Assembly: GCF_963921235.1 (NCBI RefSeq)
Contig: NC_086118.1
Location: forward strand, 20,586,001-20,650,000
Reading direction: 5' to 3'
Length of the DNA stretch: 64,000 nucleotides
Source of the DNA: Mobula hypostoma
Taxonomy: Eukaryota
Below are positions 36,896 to 49,490 of the stretch, piece by piece (position 1 is the stretch's first letter; the number at the start of each line of letters is the position of its first letter). The notes under the pieces were generated by a model. That model was given only the letters and a program-made list of their open reading frames with translations. It had not been told where the DNA came from and ran no database searches. The translations under genes and the position numbers were made by a program.

Positions 36896-38497
36896 CTACC
36901 TTCTGTTCTTTTAACTGTATATTGAATACAGTTAGGCTTTGCAATAGCCATGATGTTGACAACAATAACCTCTCACTGATTCCAGAATGCCTTGTCATTT
37001 GCTTTTCTTCTGGAGTTGTTAAAAATCAACAGCATCTTAAAAAAAAGAGATTACTGCTGTGAACACTGCTGATTCCTTGTAACTCTGGAGAATTTACCCA
37101 TCACAGCTTGGAGTGTAAATTTGAAAGTTATGATATTTCACTGTAGAATTGTTTTCCACAGATACCTCTGAATTAAGTTGCAATAGGTTTTTCAAGATCA
37201 CATTTTAGAGACTGTTAATTTGAAAGTGCTGTTTACATGGCTAGGTAGCACCTTAGTGTGTACATACTTTCTGGAATTGCAAGAGGTTCAGAAAATACAA
37301 ATAGAAAATGCCTTTAATACTCAGCAGATCAGGGTGCATTGTAAAGAAGAAAACATGAGTTACATTTCATCAGAACTGGGATACGTTTTAATAAAACAAA
37401 TCCTAAAGTTGCAGAGATTCTGAATCTGATTTATTTACCACATGTATATCAAAATATACAGTGAAATGTATCATTTGCTCAACAACCAACGCACCCAAGG
37501 ATGTGCTTGGGGGTGGCGGTAGCCCTTTAGCATTGCCACTCATTCCAGTGCCAACATAATGTGGCCACCATGCTCAAAAGAACACAAGGAACAAAACAAC
37601 CGCAAAACAAGCTCCTTTCCTCCTTCGTAACCATGCACAAACACAGTCCTCCAAACGCAGCAGAAAACCAGGAGAGATGAATGATTTATACAGTGCTACT
37701 GGCTGAAAGATTAAGAAAAATCTCATTTTTTTTTGGATTTTCAGGGAGAAACCTGAAGACCTATAATTAATAATTCAGAAACAGCTTCTTCTCTTTCGCC
37801 ATCAACATTCTTGAACAGTCCTTGAAGGCCACTTGTTATAGCTTTTCTTTTGCTTTTTTTCCATAATTTATAGTAAATTGTAATGTTGCTGCAGACAACA
37901 AATTTCCACTTCATTTAAGTTAGTGATGATAAATCTAATTTTGATTATATTTATGCAAGGATTAGTGAAGACTATAGTGTATTGAAAGATCATAGATTAA
38001 AAATTTCTGAATGGTTCAAAACATTAATGCCAAAGAAGTCATATGAACATGTATGTTTTGCATTTTCCAAGTGGAGTTCAAATTACTTAGAAGGTTTGCT
38101 CAAAGTTTGAGAATAAAGATTAGCTGTATATCTATCCTGTGAATCAAATGATCCTAATGGTGACATCAAGGGATCTTTTGACATTAATTCTGAATGTTGC
38201 AACTTTTTGCTCTGCTTGATGTGATTAAAATTCTGGTTTGCAGAATGCTCCACCACCTTTAAGGCTATTCTGGTTTATAGAGTTTTACAATGTGACACTA
38301 TTTGAGGTCTGGAAGATTTTCTAACTTGTATCCTAAAAATGCTACTTCCTAAAACAGTCACTGTTTCTACAATGTTTGGAAACCTCTTCTTTACACTATG
38401 ACAGTACAAGACCGATCAATGAATGTGGGCATTGATTCGCTCACTGATGATAAATGAAACAGTTAGCTTCTGTCCTTCACAGTTAAAAAGCACTTAC

Positions 38498-38558
38498 CAG
38501 AGTTGTAATTTCACCCGCCGTCCATCTAAGAGAATTGTTGTCGTCTTGTAATCAATGC
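38498..38558 (-). CDS. RAB40B: RAB40B coding exon 2 (61 bp; GIDYKTTTILLDGRRVKLQLW)
   Basis: Manual translation matches the Rab40 switch I region. AG acceptor at 38559-38560, GTAAGT donor at 38497-38492. Phase 1 in, phase 2 out, joins exon 3 in frame. Confidence 0.95.
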
Positions 38559-39174
38559 CTGTCAGAAAAAAATACAAATGTTATGAGAAGAACAATTAAC
38601 CCACATGAATTAATCAATAAAGAAACAGGAGTTTTTGCCACAAACATAACCATGCTAGAATTTTTTTTATGCCAATCACTAATTTCAGTCAGGGTTGCTT
38701 TGTAAGATTGGAAATGTGGAGATGGGAAGGTGGCATTGGGGAAGCACACCTGTGTAGCAATCAGTGTGGCTGTTTCTTGAAGGACAGAGGGTTAGGTACG
38801 GAGTTCTCTCTCTTATTCTTCTTATAAATGCTTCATAAAAGCTTCTTTGACAATGCATCCAGTTTCCAGAACCAATTTCTTTAGTTGTTTCCATGTTCCC
38901 AAAAGCCCTGTGGAGATTCTCTTTTGGATAAGAAATGTCACATACAGCTACATTATTAAAATACAGATCTTGTTCTCAATGTACTGCCAGTACTAAGAGC
39001 AAAGTGGTCAATCAAAATCAGTTTTTTTGCACAGCTGATATTTTGGTTCTTCCGTATGTAATCTGTGGTTGGAACAGCGCTAATGCATCAGATCTCCACA
39101 GCATTTTAATTGCTGTGCAAGCAATTTTAGGGGACAGCCCCTTTCAAACTCAAATTTCAATGCAATAAGTCCAA

Positions 39175-40050
39175 ATTCACTGACAGCACTATTATTGCTG
39201 AATGAATCACGTGATGAGTCTGCATACAGGAGCAGGATAGGACTTGTTGTTGAGTGGTGCCACAACAACCACCTCTTATTCAAGATCAGTAAAACCAAAG
39301 AACTGATTGATGACTTCAGGAAGGAGCAGGAGGATGGTGATGCACAGTCTACATTGATGGATCGACAATGGGGAAGGTCAACAGCTTTAATTTCCTGGAA
39401 GTTAACATGTCAGAGGATCTGTCCTGGGTGCAGCAGATATATGCAATCACATGGAAGGTGTACCAGAGCTTTACTTATTTTAAGGTTAAAATGGTTCAAT
39501 TTGTCATTGAACACTCTAACAAACTTCTACAGATGTAATATTAAAAGTATCCGGACTATTTAAATCATGGTCTGGCAACAGACATTACATCCTTCCCCAT
39601 AATAAAAACCATCTACATGAGGCACTGCCTCAAGAAGGGAACATCTATCAAAGATCAATGAAAGACCACACCAACTTGGACATTCAGTGTGCAAGAGGCA
39701 ACAAACTCTGTTCATGGACTTCTGGTCTCCTTCTCTTGAAGTCAATAATCAGCTCCTTGGTCTTTCTGACATTAAGTAACAGGTTGTTGCTATTGCATCA
39801 CTCAGCCAGATTTTCAATCTCCCTCCTAAATGCTGATTCATCACCACCTTTGATACAGCCTACGACAGTGGTGTTGTCAGCAAACTTAAATATGGCATTG
39901 GAGATGGGCTAAGCCACAGAGTCATAGGTGTAAAGCAAGTAGAGTAGCGGGCTGAGCACACAGCCCTGCGGTACACCTATGCTGACGGAGATAGTGGAGA
40001 AGATGCTGTTGCCAATCCAAACTGACTGGGGCCTGCAAGTGAGGAATTTG
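39175..40050. mobile_element. Two Rex1/Babar RT fragments in opposite orientation (+ ~39175-39690; - ~39695-40050)
   Basis: ORF 39195..39563 DESAYR..EWCHNNHL..KTKELIDDF; minus strand KFADNTTVVG..DESAFRRE..KTKELIIDF. Confidence 0.75.
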
Positions 40051-40375
40051 AAGAACCATCATCCAATTTACTAACAAAGTTCAGAAAGAAGAACACGAGT
40101 GTTGGAATTCAGAAGTTATTAAATCATATGTATATACAAATGAGAACCTGTCTTCAATTCTTAATGTAAATTACAAACAGTTATCAGCTTAAAATTAAAA
40201 GAGCTTTGTAAACAAACAGTGCTGTCTACAGAGTACTGGCCCACAGCAGGTGGTTGTTCAAGAGATGCAGTTTGCAAACTAACATGACCATGACACATTC
40301 TGGTACGCAGCAACCAAATGTAAAATAATCGAGATATGTTAATTGGCCTACATTAAACCAGACAACACTGGTTAA

Positions 40376-40527
40376 AAGACAAGAAAATCTGCAGGTTCTG
40401 GAAATCCACAAAATGCTGGAGAAACTCAGCAGGCCAGGCAGCATCTATGAAAAAGCGTAAACAGTCAACATTTCAGGAAGAGATTTGAAATGCCAACTGT
40501 TTACTCTTTTCCGTAGATGTTGCCTGG
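40376..40527. mobile_element. Older Penelope-derived palindromic element
   Basis: Inverted ccaggcagcatcta..taaacagt / actgttta..tagatgttgcctgg; 13-bp TSD caacactggttaa at 40363-40375 and 40528-40540. Confidence 0.8.
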
Positions 40528-40741
40528 CAACACTGGTTAAGTTGTTATGCTCTGTTGTAACTGAGATCAATGAAGCCTCCAGACCAGACTGATTTTGTCA
40601 CTTAGTACAACAAATATCCCATGGACATACAAACTTGTTTTGTTTATCAATAATTGGTATACTTATGTACCAGCAAGTCAGCCCTCACAACACCAATCTT
40701 AAAAGCTTTAGCATATTCATGTGAACTACTTTGTTCTTGTA

Positions 40742-40877
40742 AACGCACATAAAAGTTGCTGGTGAACGCAGCAGGCCAGGCAGCATCTCTAGGAAGAGGT
40801 ACAGTCGACGTTTCCGGCCGAGACCTCTTGCTAGTTAGTCCTGACGAAGGGTCTCGGCCCGAAACGTCAACTGTACT
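40742..40877. mobile_element. Penelope-derived inverted-repeat element with + strand hammerhead core at ~40838-40871
   Basis: gtcctgacgaagggtctcggcccgaaacgtcaac; the minus-strand arm is truncated before CTGACGA. Confidence 0.8.
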
Positions 40878-42355
40878 CCATAATTTCGGAGGTCTGTAAA
40901 GCTTTATGGAAAGCATTGCAGCCAGAGTTCCTTCCCTGCCCTTCAGTTGCCCACTGGGAAGCTATTGCAGCATAGGAGGAAATGCGATGCTACCAAGCAG
41001 ACAAATCACAGTTGTTGCGGTCTGTGTTGCTGCGACGCATAGTCACATTTTGGGAGAGGTGCGTGTCAGGCTCTGGCATAGGGATCCGCGTCAGCTCTGC
41101 GTAGGGTTTGCGGTGACGCAGTACTTACGGCGTCCAGTTGATGCAGAAGTATAAATCAGGCTTTACAGCATGCCCTCCACAGTAAAGATGTAACTTACTG
41201 GAGCCTTTTGTCAGATACAAAATATTGAAGTAAACAATTTGGGATATTACAGGAATTGAAATTGTACTGAATCACCTGCTGTTTTCTTATTTCTGAAGAA
41301 TCCTAGGTTCTGAAACTCTACTGGGAAGATAAGATCTCCAGGAGAATTCCTGCTCGTCATGATGAATTAAAAACCCTTTATATCAACCGAGTTTAGTGCC
41401 TCTCAAGCAACTCTGTTCATAGTCACAACTATCATCTTGGGGAACCCCATCATTATTTAGGGATATTTCATGTTCATATTATAAGAATTCATGGAAAATG
41501 GGGCTAATTTCATGCAATCAGGATATGATTATGTATAATATTAATATTTTGGAATATTTTGTCATACAGTGGCAAGTTTACAATCTCGGTTCCAATAAAA
41601 ATTATCTTAAGCTATTCTGTTGTTTTTATTTGGCAGATGTTTAAGTGCTACACTGGCAGGGATCATCAGTAGACAACCTGTCTAACTTTACAGCAGGAAA
41701 TACTGCATCAGCAGGATAACCAGAAAAGGGGAACGTTTGGTATAAAGGCACTGTTGGTGACACATTCCTCAGTGTTGTTACTTACTTAAAACATAACTTT
41801 TAATAATGACAGATTTAGTTAAGATCAATTACTATGAAAATTAAGGATATAACAGCAAAAAGTAGGGACTTATTTTGCTTGAAAAACCAGAATAGTTTGG
41901 CATAGTGCTTAAGCAGTACAATTAGCATTCAGAATTAAAATAGTAATACACATTTTGAGTTTTAATCTTTCGAAAAATTTAAACATTTAGTATTCACAAA
42001 CTTCTGAAGCTTGTTCTCTTAATGATGGCATTCCGAAAGGGATATGGAATTTTACTGCAACATTCACTGAGAAGAGGGAATGCAGGCCTTGACAGTCCAA
42101 TTGATATGTGGTACGGGTGGTGGTGTAAGGTGCAGGGTGATCGAGTAATTGGTGGGTTGTGGCATTAAACGAGACTCATCATCAGGAAGAAAATTGGCGT
42201 GGTGATAAATGAAGAAGTGATTCATGCGAGACCCTGAGGTGAGCCAAGATGAAATTAAAGGCAATTTACCAGAATTAGCTCTCCAAGCTATAAAACTGGT
42301 TGTCCAAGTACTACTCTCTTAATTTATATACCAGCCCACTTGTATTTGTGAGGAA

Positions 42356-42684
42356 CTTACTTAATGCCTGTTACACTGCTGGTGTTAAGGGCAGCAATGA
42401 AGGTTCCTCAGTCTCTGACTGTCCTTAGCCATTCAGACATAGAAGGATTTGTCATTGTTGTTTCTGTAACAGTTTTGTTTTACCAGTCAGGGTTGTCAGC
42501 CCTGAGCTGATCCCCCAAATCTGCAGGACCAGTGGACCACTTTAGTTTGGCCTCTTCCCTTTGACCTGTTTAGCATAGGTGGCAAGAATCAAAGTATAAA
42601 GCCCTAATCCCAACTAACATTGCCTTCTGCGTCATTGGGGCATGCAAGCCTCCAAAACATGACAAGTTGTGGTCTTCTTGGAGG
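42356..42684 (-). mobile_element. Non-autonomous RTE-derived retroposon (RTE 5' UTR fused to a 3' end with TAAG tail)
   Basis: 12-bp TSD atttgtgaggaa at 42344-42355 and 42685-42696; RTE/Expander-like leader (cttgtc.tg..ggaggcttgc.tgcc.caatga; aaacaggtcaaaggg; gggctgacaaccc). Confidence 0.75.
42534..42684 (-). ncRNA. Candidate HDV-like (nested double pseudoknot) ribozyme, variant core
   Basis: CCUCCAA GAA GACCAC AAC UUGUCAU GUU UUGGAGG C ...long P4... ACUAAA GUGGUC, which follows the P1/J1-2/P2/P3/L3/P3'/P1'/P4/J4-2/P2' register of HDV. Confidence 0.55.
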
Positions 42685-43914
42685 ATTTGTGAGGAAAACC
42701 TTGCAAAATCATGGGAATTGACCTCACTGTTTCTGAATCTGGTGTTAATTCCGAAAAATGAGTGATATGTACTATTTGCTTCTTATTGTGACTCATTATG
42801 AAATGCAGACATGTACTTTGTCAAGAAGGATGGTGCAAGTCCAGTTGTTAGAAAGGATGTTAGCTCAGCAGGTCATACCACAGAATTACTAACTGTTTGG
42901 GTGTAGCACAGAAGCAGCAAATGCAGAAGCTTTGGTAGGAGATGTTTACAGGCCCCTGGATAATAGTAGAAATCGTAGAAATGTAGTCTATGGAAAAGAT
43001 GAAATCAGATTGAAATCTGGGTATTGCAGTAACTGTGGGAGACTTCAATGTAATCTAATATAGACCTGATAAATCAAAGTCATACTAACAATATGGAGGA
43101 TGAATCCCTGAAATGCATACAAAATGGATTTCTAGATCATAATATTCACGAATTAGTACCGTGAATGGAAAGTTAATAACAATTTTAACTATGTTCCAAG
43201 GAAAGAGTGACCTTAAAATAATGGAAATTTACATTGCTTGTAAACCTTTTCAAAACACAGCCTCAAAAGAAGGTAATAGTTTATAAACCTTCCACAGTAT
43301 GAATCTGTAAGTGTTGCTCACCACACAGCATATTTTAGTGACATTCGGTATATATTTTTTCCTGATGTGAACAGCATGTTTTTACTTAGCAGTTAATTCC
43401 ACATATTTTATTTCCCAAATTGCATAAATGTTGACTCAGAGTCAAGTGAACACCACCCTCTGTAGCCTCTTACAACAGCGCTGATGATCAGTTTCTAAGT
43501 AAATGAGCATTCATCAAATATCCCCCCTCTGTATTTACCTACCTTCGTGCACCTAGGAAAATTTAAGTGCCTCACCATAAGGCTTGATATTTCATTGATC
43601 AATGGAATAGAATAATAAAGCTGGACTGAACCCTAATTTTGTAATACTTCATAATACTACAAATTACTCATCTCATTACATGACGTTGTATATGTAAATT
43701 GTAATAAATTGTTCTTTTAACCCTTTACATTGTTACACAAATATTGTTCCTTATATTTTATCATCCAATGGAATTGTTTGCTTTAATGGCTCAGCATGAG
43801 TCAAAAGCATAGGAAAGGATGCCTGCTAGTTCAGTAATTATAAGCAGAAACAATATTGGGTAATTCAAAAAATGTAGACAAAGTATTTATTTGGAATATA
43901 TTAATTACTATTTC

Positions 43915-44530
43915 ACAGATACAAGAGATTTTGCATATGCTGGAAATCTTGAGAAACACGCACAAAATGCTGAAGGAGCTCAGCACAGGTCCGACAGTAT
44001 TTCTAGAGGGAATTAAACAGTTGAGGCTTCCGGCCAAAACCCCTCATCAAGACTGGAAATGGAGCCAGAAGCTAGAATAAGGTGTTGGGGGAAGGGAATG
44101 AGTATAGGTGAGACCCGGTGAAGGGGATGGTAGGTAGGTAGGGGTGGAGGAGAATGATGTGAAAAGTTGGGAGGTGATAGATAGAAGAGGTAAAGTGCTG
44201 AAGGAGGAATCAAAGGAGAGGACAGTTCGATAAAGGGAAGGAGGTGGGCAACCAAGTCATGAAGACAGAGGAGGAGAAGAAAAGGGACGAGACGCCACTA
44301 GAATGGGGAGAAAAGAATCAAAAAGTTGGGGCAGGTGAAGAGTACAGAGGGAAGTGGTGACCAGATGTTAGTGAAGGTGAGTTTTCTCAGTTTGGAAACT
44401 ACCCAGACAGAATGAGGTGTTGCTCCTCCGACCAGAATTGAGCCTCATCATGCCAGTAAAGCAGGCCGTGGACAGACGCTTTGTGTGGGAATGGGAGGTT
44501 AAATTGGCACAGATGGTCACTCAGAGATCT
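43915..44530 (-). mobile_element. Penelope-like element 3' fragment (GIY-YIG C-terminus plus pseudo-LTR with degenerate hammerhead)
   Basis: Minus strand HFNLPFPFPH..LSTAC..EAQFWSEEQHLIL (EEQHLIF motif), pyrimidine-rich UTR, cttgatgaggggttttggccggaagc, terminal block shared with the palindromic elements. Confidence 0.7.
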
Positions 44531-46444
44531 TTTGTAGCAAACAGAACAAAGCTGCACTTATACCAAATTTTGTCATTGAAATCCTTGACCTTTCAGATGT
44601 CAGTAATCTATTTCTCACAATATGCCATCCATTCCCAGCATAAATTTCACTATAACTTACCAGCTTTGATTATGAAATTGTTTTCCCCCAAAAGTTCCTA
44701 GGTTTCCTTCTACATTGCATATAAACTGTGTATAAGTACTGAAGTCAGCCACCTTAACTTTTAAAATAAATTCACCTGAACTATAATAAAATGCATCATC
44801 CCATAACATTCCCCTCTCAACAAATTTCAGACTTCTGCCAAAAGGTAACTATTGATGTCCTTCAGCTTTTAATTTAAAGAAGCCATATTCTAAAATTATT
44901 AAATAAATCTGTGTATTTAAGAAAAATCAGAAGATACACATCTTAGTAAAATGCCATTTTCATCCTCAACACCAAATATTCAAGATTTACCACATTTGGA
45001 TACCCACAAATTAATAGATGACTAGTTTCTTTCACAGTGCACAGAGTCTAGATGAATATTCTTATAGCTATGTATTCACATTCAGAGATCAAATAAGAGC
45101 CTGAGAGAAATGTTAAATCGATAATTAACTTTACCCTTTTATAAAGGCAATGAATGACATGTTTAGTCATCTTCCTCCAAAAATTAAACAGAAAGATTCA
45201 GGATCAAAATTACACAGAAGAGTCCTTTTGCAGTCCTTTGATTTGTGCCAATTTATTTTAAATTGCTGGGCCTACCTTACAAAGACCATCTGAGAGAAAC
45301 CAAATTGGATTTCTAAATTACATATCTTAAACATTGTTGATTGATATTTACTGCAAAATTAATAGTATATAAAGGATAAATTAATTCTGACAAAGATCAT
45401 TGACCTGTGGCATTAAACACACATTTCTCTGTCTATTGTTTCTGCCTGAACTGCAGATCATTTCAATCACTTTCTGGGTCTCATTCCTAATTTACAGGAT
45501 CTACTGAACTGTATCTTTTACTTCAAAGGAGACTGGTCAGGATTCAAATTCCAGAAACAAGGTATAGTAAAAATAAGATTGTGATAATGCTCCTGACATC
45601 AAGATGCCAATTCCTAATTGTAAATTATTGGCCAAGATTTTTTTTATACTGTTTAGTACTGTTCAAAGATTAAATTGGTGTACAAGAAATAAGGTGACTA
45701 AAATCATCATTCCAATTTGCAAATGGGATTGTCATATACCCATTGAAGTTTAAAGCATTCTAACAAATAAATTCAGATCATTGTTATTCTATATACAAAA
45801 TTAATCCATGGCAAGCAATTTGAAGACTGCATCCTTTCCAGCACAATAGAATTTTGTTATAGATTAACTTTTATTGTTAAAACTGAAACAATCAAGCTGA
45901 ACATACACCTACTGTAATTTCCCTTCACTCTGCACTTAAACCTAACTAAAACAATATTGGCAAGTTTTCTATTGCTGCAAACAATATGCCATTTTTAATC
46001 AAGCATTAAATCTACACTTCAGGTTGTTATTTAATTTGTGATTTGTATAATTTTGCTAACAAAGCTTTTAAAAATAAATTATCTGTTCACTTACATAATA
46101 ATTGCACTTTATAAACTTATGCCTGATGTATTCTTGGTAGGAACTGCTTAGCAAAACCTTTATGCTACAGCAAGAGCTATCCCATATACACACCATGTGC
46201 TGCAACTTCATTAGGCTGCGGCTGCCACACCCTCTTCAAGCAAACTCTTCATAATAAGTGGATTGTTCACCTGGTTTAATTCACTACAAAAATTATAATT
46301 TAAACAAAATTCAGCTCCATATACCTCATAGTAAAAGAGATCCCCAGATGGTCTGTTGCTTCCTAGGATGTCTCAGATTGGTCCTTTTAAGAGGAAGGGT
46401 TTTAAAAAAATTATTTATTTATTTTTAAGTGTGTTGTACCAGAC

Positions 46445-46629
46445 ATTCAGCCATTTAACCGGGTCACGTTATGAACGTTCCTGACTCGACCCTTGTATTT
46501 TTTACAAGGCCAAGTAGCTAGCTCAACACTCAACCCGGCACGGATAGAAAGGGGGTGGCCCGACCTGGATTCGAACTCGGGAACCTTCGCTCCGGAGTCC
46601 GGCACTGATCTCACACTGCGCCACCAGCC
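46445..46629 (-). mobile_element. tRNA-derived SINE (different family)
   Basis: Minus strand GGCTGGTGGCGCAGTG (A box) and GAGTTCGAATCC (B box), followed by non-tRNA body. Confidence 0.7.
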
Positions 46630-47947
46630 ATCATGGTACACATTGTTACCAATAACATTAGTAAGAAAAGGGTTGAGGTCCCAAAGAGCAAATACAAGGA
46701 ACTACGTAGGAAGCTAAAAAGCAGATTCAGTACATGGAACCATAATATTTTGGTCATTTATAGAGATACAACTGTCACAATGGCTGCTGGATGTTCCAGG
46801 GAATAAATATTTCAGAAGTAACAGGGAGGGAGGTAAACAAGGTTGGGGAGTGGCATTGCTAATCAGGGATAGTATCACAGCTCTTGGAAGGGAGGACGCC
46901 ATGGAAGGATCGTCTATGGACTTTCAGGGACAGTTACCACAATACCTTAACCTTCAGCACAAACTTGGACGGCGATAGGAGCAGATGGTATGGAAAAATA
47001 TTTAATCAAGGGAGGGAAAATTATGATCTACTAGGCAGGAACCTGGGAGTGTTAATTGGGAAAAAATGCACTCAGAGAAAGGTGGAGGTTGTTTAGGGAG
47101 CACTTGCATGGGTCTGGATACGTTTGTGCCATTGAGGCAAGGAAAGGGTGGTAGGGTGAAGAAACCATCTAGTCAGAAGGAAGAAAGCTTACCTAATCTT
47201 TAGTTAGGAAGGATCAGATAGGGCACTTGAGAGGAGGAGGTTATAAGAAGGGACTTAGCTAGAAGGGGACTTGCCAAGGCCTTGGCAAGTAGGATTAAGG
47301 AAAATCCCAAGATGTTCTACATGCACATCAAAAATAGCAGGATGATTAGAGTGAGGGTAGGACCAATCAGGGATAAAAGAGAAAACTTGTGCCTGGAGAC
47401 AGTAGGGGTAGAGGAGCTCCTTAATGAATACCTTGTTGCAGTATTTGCCAGTGAAAGGAACCTTGATGAATCAGAGAACAGCACAGAACAGGTTAATATG
47501 CTGGAACATGTGGTGCTAAGCAAGATGTTGTGCTTGGAACTTTTGTAAGAAAGAAATTAGGATAGACAAATCCCCACGGCCAGATGGGATATACTCCAGA
47601 TTACTATGGGAAGCAAGGGAAGAAAATGTTGCAGCTTTGGTGATCTTTGTGGCTGACTGGCCTCATGAGTAGTACTAAAAAACTGGAGGGTGGCAAATGG
47701 TATTCCTTTTTTCGAAAGAGGTAACAGGGATAAGTTGGGAATTATAGACTGGCAAGTCTTGTCAGTGGTGGGCAACCCATTGGAGAGGACTCTTAAAGAC
47801 AGGATTTATAAGTGTTTGGAGAAGCACAATTCCTATGTATAGTCAATATGGCTTTGTGAGGGGCAGGTCGTTCCTCATAAGCTTAATTGCATTTTTTGAG
47901 GAAGTGGCAAAACAGATTAATGAAGGTAGAGCAGTGATTGTGATGTA

Positions 47948-48491
47948 CACTCAGTGGCCACTTTATTAGCTAAACCCAAATACAGGCTCATTAATGCAAA
48001 TATCTAATCAACCAATCCTGTGGCAGCAACTCAATGCATAAAAACATGCTAGCATGGTTAACAGGTTCAATTGTTGTTCAGAACAAACATCAAAATGGGG
48101 AAGAAAGAAAATTATGTGACTTTAACTGTAGAATGATTGTTGGTGCCAGAACGGGGCTGTTTGAGTATTGCAAAAACTGATCTCCTGGGATTTTACACAC
48201 AGAACAGTCTCTAGAGTTTACAGAGGATGGTGTGAGAAACAAAAAATATCCAATGAACAGCAGTTTGGTGGATGAAAACACTTTATTAATGAGAGAAGTC
48301 AGAGAGGACTCGCCAGACTAGTTCAAGTTGACAGGAAGGCAACAGTTACTCAAATAACTACACATTATGTGCAGAAGAGCATCTCTGAATGCACAACGCC
48401 TTGTACCTTGAAATGTATCGGCTATAGCCGCAGAAGACCACAAACATGTATTCAGTGGCCACCTTTTAGGTTCAGGAGCGGCTAATGAATG
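47948..48491 (+). mobile_element. Tc1-derived non-autonomous element inserted at TA in the CR1 YLDF motif
   Basis: TA|CACTCAGTGGCCACTTTATTAG start; transposase N-terminal remnant (MIVGAR..DLLGF..TVSRVYR..ARLVQVDRKATVTQIT); CR1 resumes at TActtggatttc. Confidence 0.8.
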
Positions 48492-48966
48492 TACTTGGAT
48501 TTCAGTAAGGCATTTGATCAGGTTTTCCAAGTTAGCCTAATTCAGAAAAGTTGGAAGAAATGGGATCCAGAGAAATTTGGCTGTGTGGATTTGGAACTGG
48601 CTTGCCCACAGAAGGCAGAGGGTGGTAGTAGTTGGAGTGTATTCTGCCTGGAGTTCGGTGTTGTGCTGGGATCTGTTCTGAGACCCCTGCTCTTTGATTT
48701 TTTTTTATATAAATGATTTGGATGAGGAAGTGGAAGTACAGGTTAGCGAGTTTGCAGATGAAATGAAGGTTGCAGTGTGTAGAAGGTTTTAGTGGGTTAC
48801 AATGTGACATTGATAGGAGTAGCTGAGAAGTGGCAAATGGAGTTCAATTGGAAAAATGTGAAGTGATACACTTTGGAAGGTTAAGCTTGGAAGGCAGAGA
48901 ACAGGGTTAATGGCAGAATTCTTGTTAGTGAGATGGAACAGAGGGATCTTGGGTTCCATGTCTACA

Positions 48967-49490
48967 CGAGGGGTGATTGATAAGTTCGTGGCCTAAGGTA
49001 GCAGGAGGCGATTTTAGAAAACCTAGCACATTTATTTTTCAACATAGTCCCCTCCTACATTTACACACTTAGTCCAGCTGTCATAGAGCATACAGATCCC
49101 TTCTTTGTAGAAGTTGGCGTCTTGGACCTTCAGAAAGTGGTCCACAGCAAGGGTGATTGATAAGTTCGTGGCCTAAGATAGAAGGAGATGAGGTATACAG
49201 TTCCCGTTACATGCACGTGCAGTTCAACTCTGAGTGGAAGTGCAGAAAGTTTGAAGTTAATAACTTACCTTGTTCTACCTTAGGCCACGAATTTGTCAAT
49301 CACCCCTGCTGTGGACCACTTTCTGAAGGTCCATGACGCCGACTTCTACAAAGAAGGGATCCGTATGCTTCACGACCACTGGACTAAGTGTGTAAATGTA
49401 GGAGGGGACTATGTTGAAAAATAAATGTGCTAGGTTTTCTAAAATTGACTCCTTCTACCTTAGACCAACAAACTTATCAATCACCCCTCG
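48967..49490. mobile_element. Mariner-derived palindromic MITE with doubled TIRs
   Basis: CGAGGGGTGATTGATAAGTTCGTGGCCTAAGG termini, repeated internally at ~49148 and ~49308; each arm carries the transposase C-terminus DFYKEGIRMLHDHWTKCVNVGGDYVEK*; TA at 49491-49492. Confidence 0.88.
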
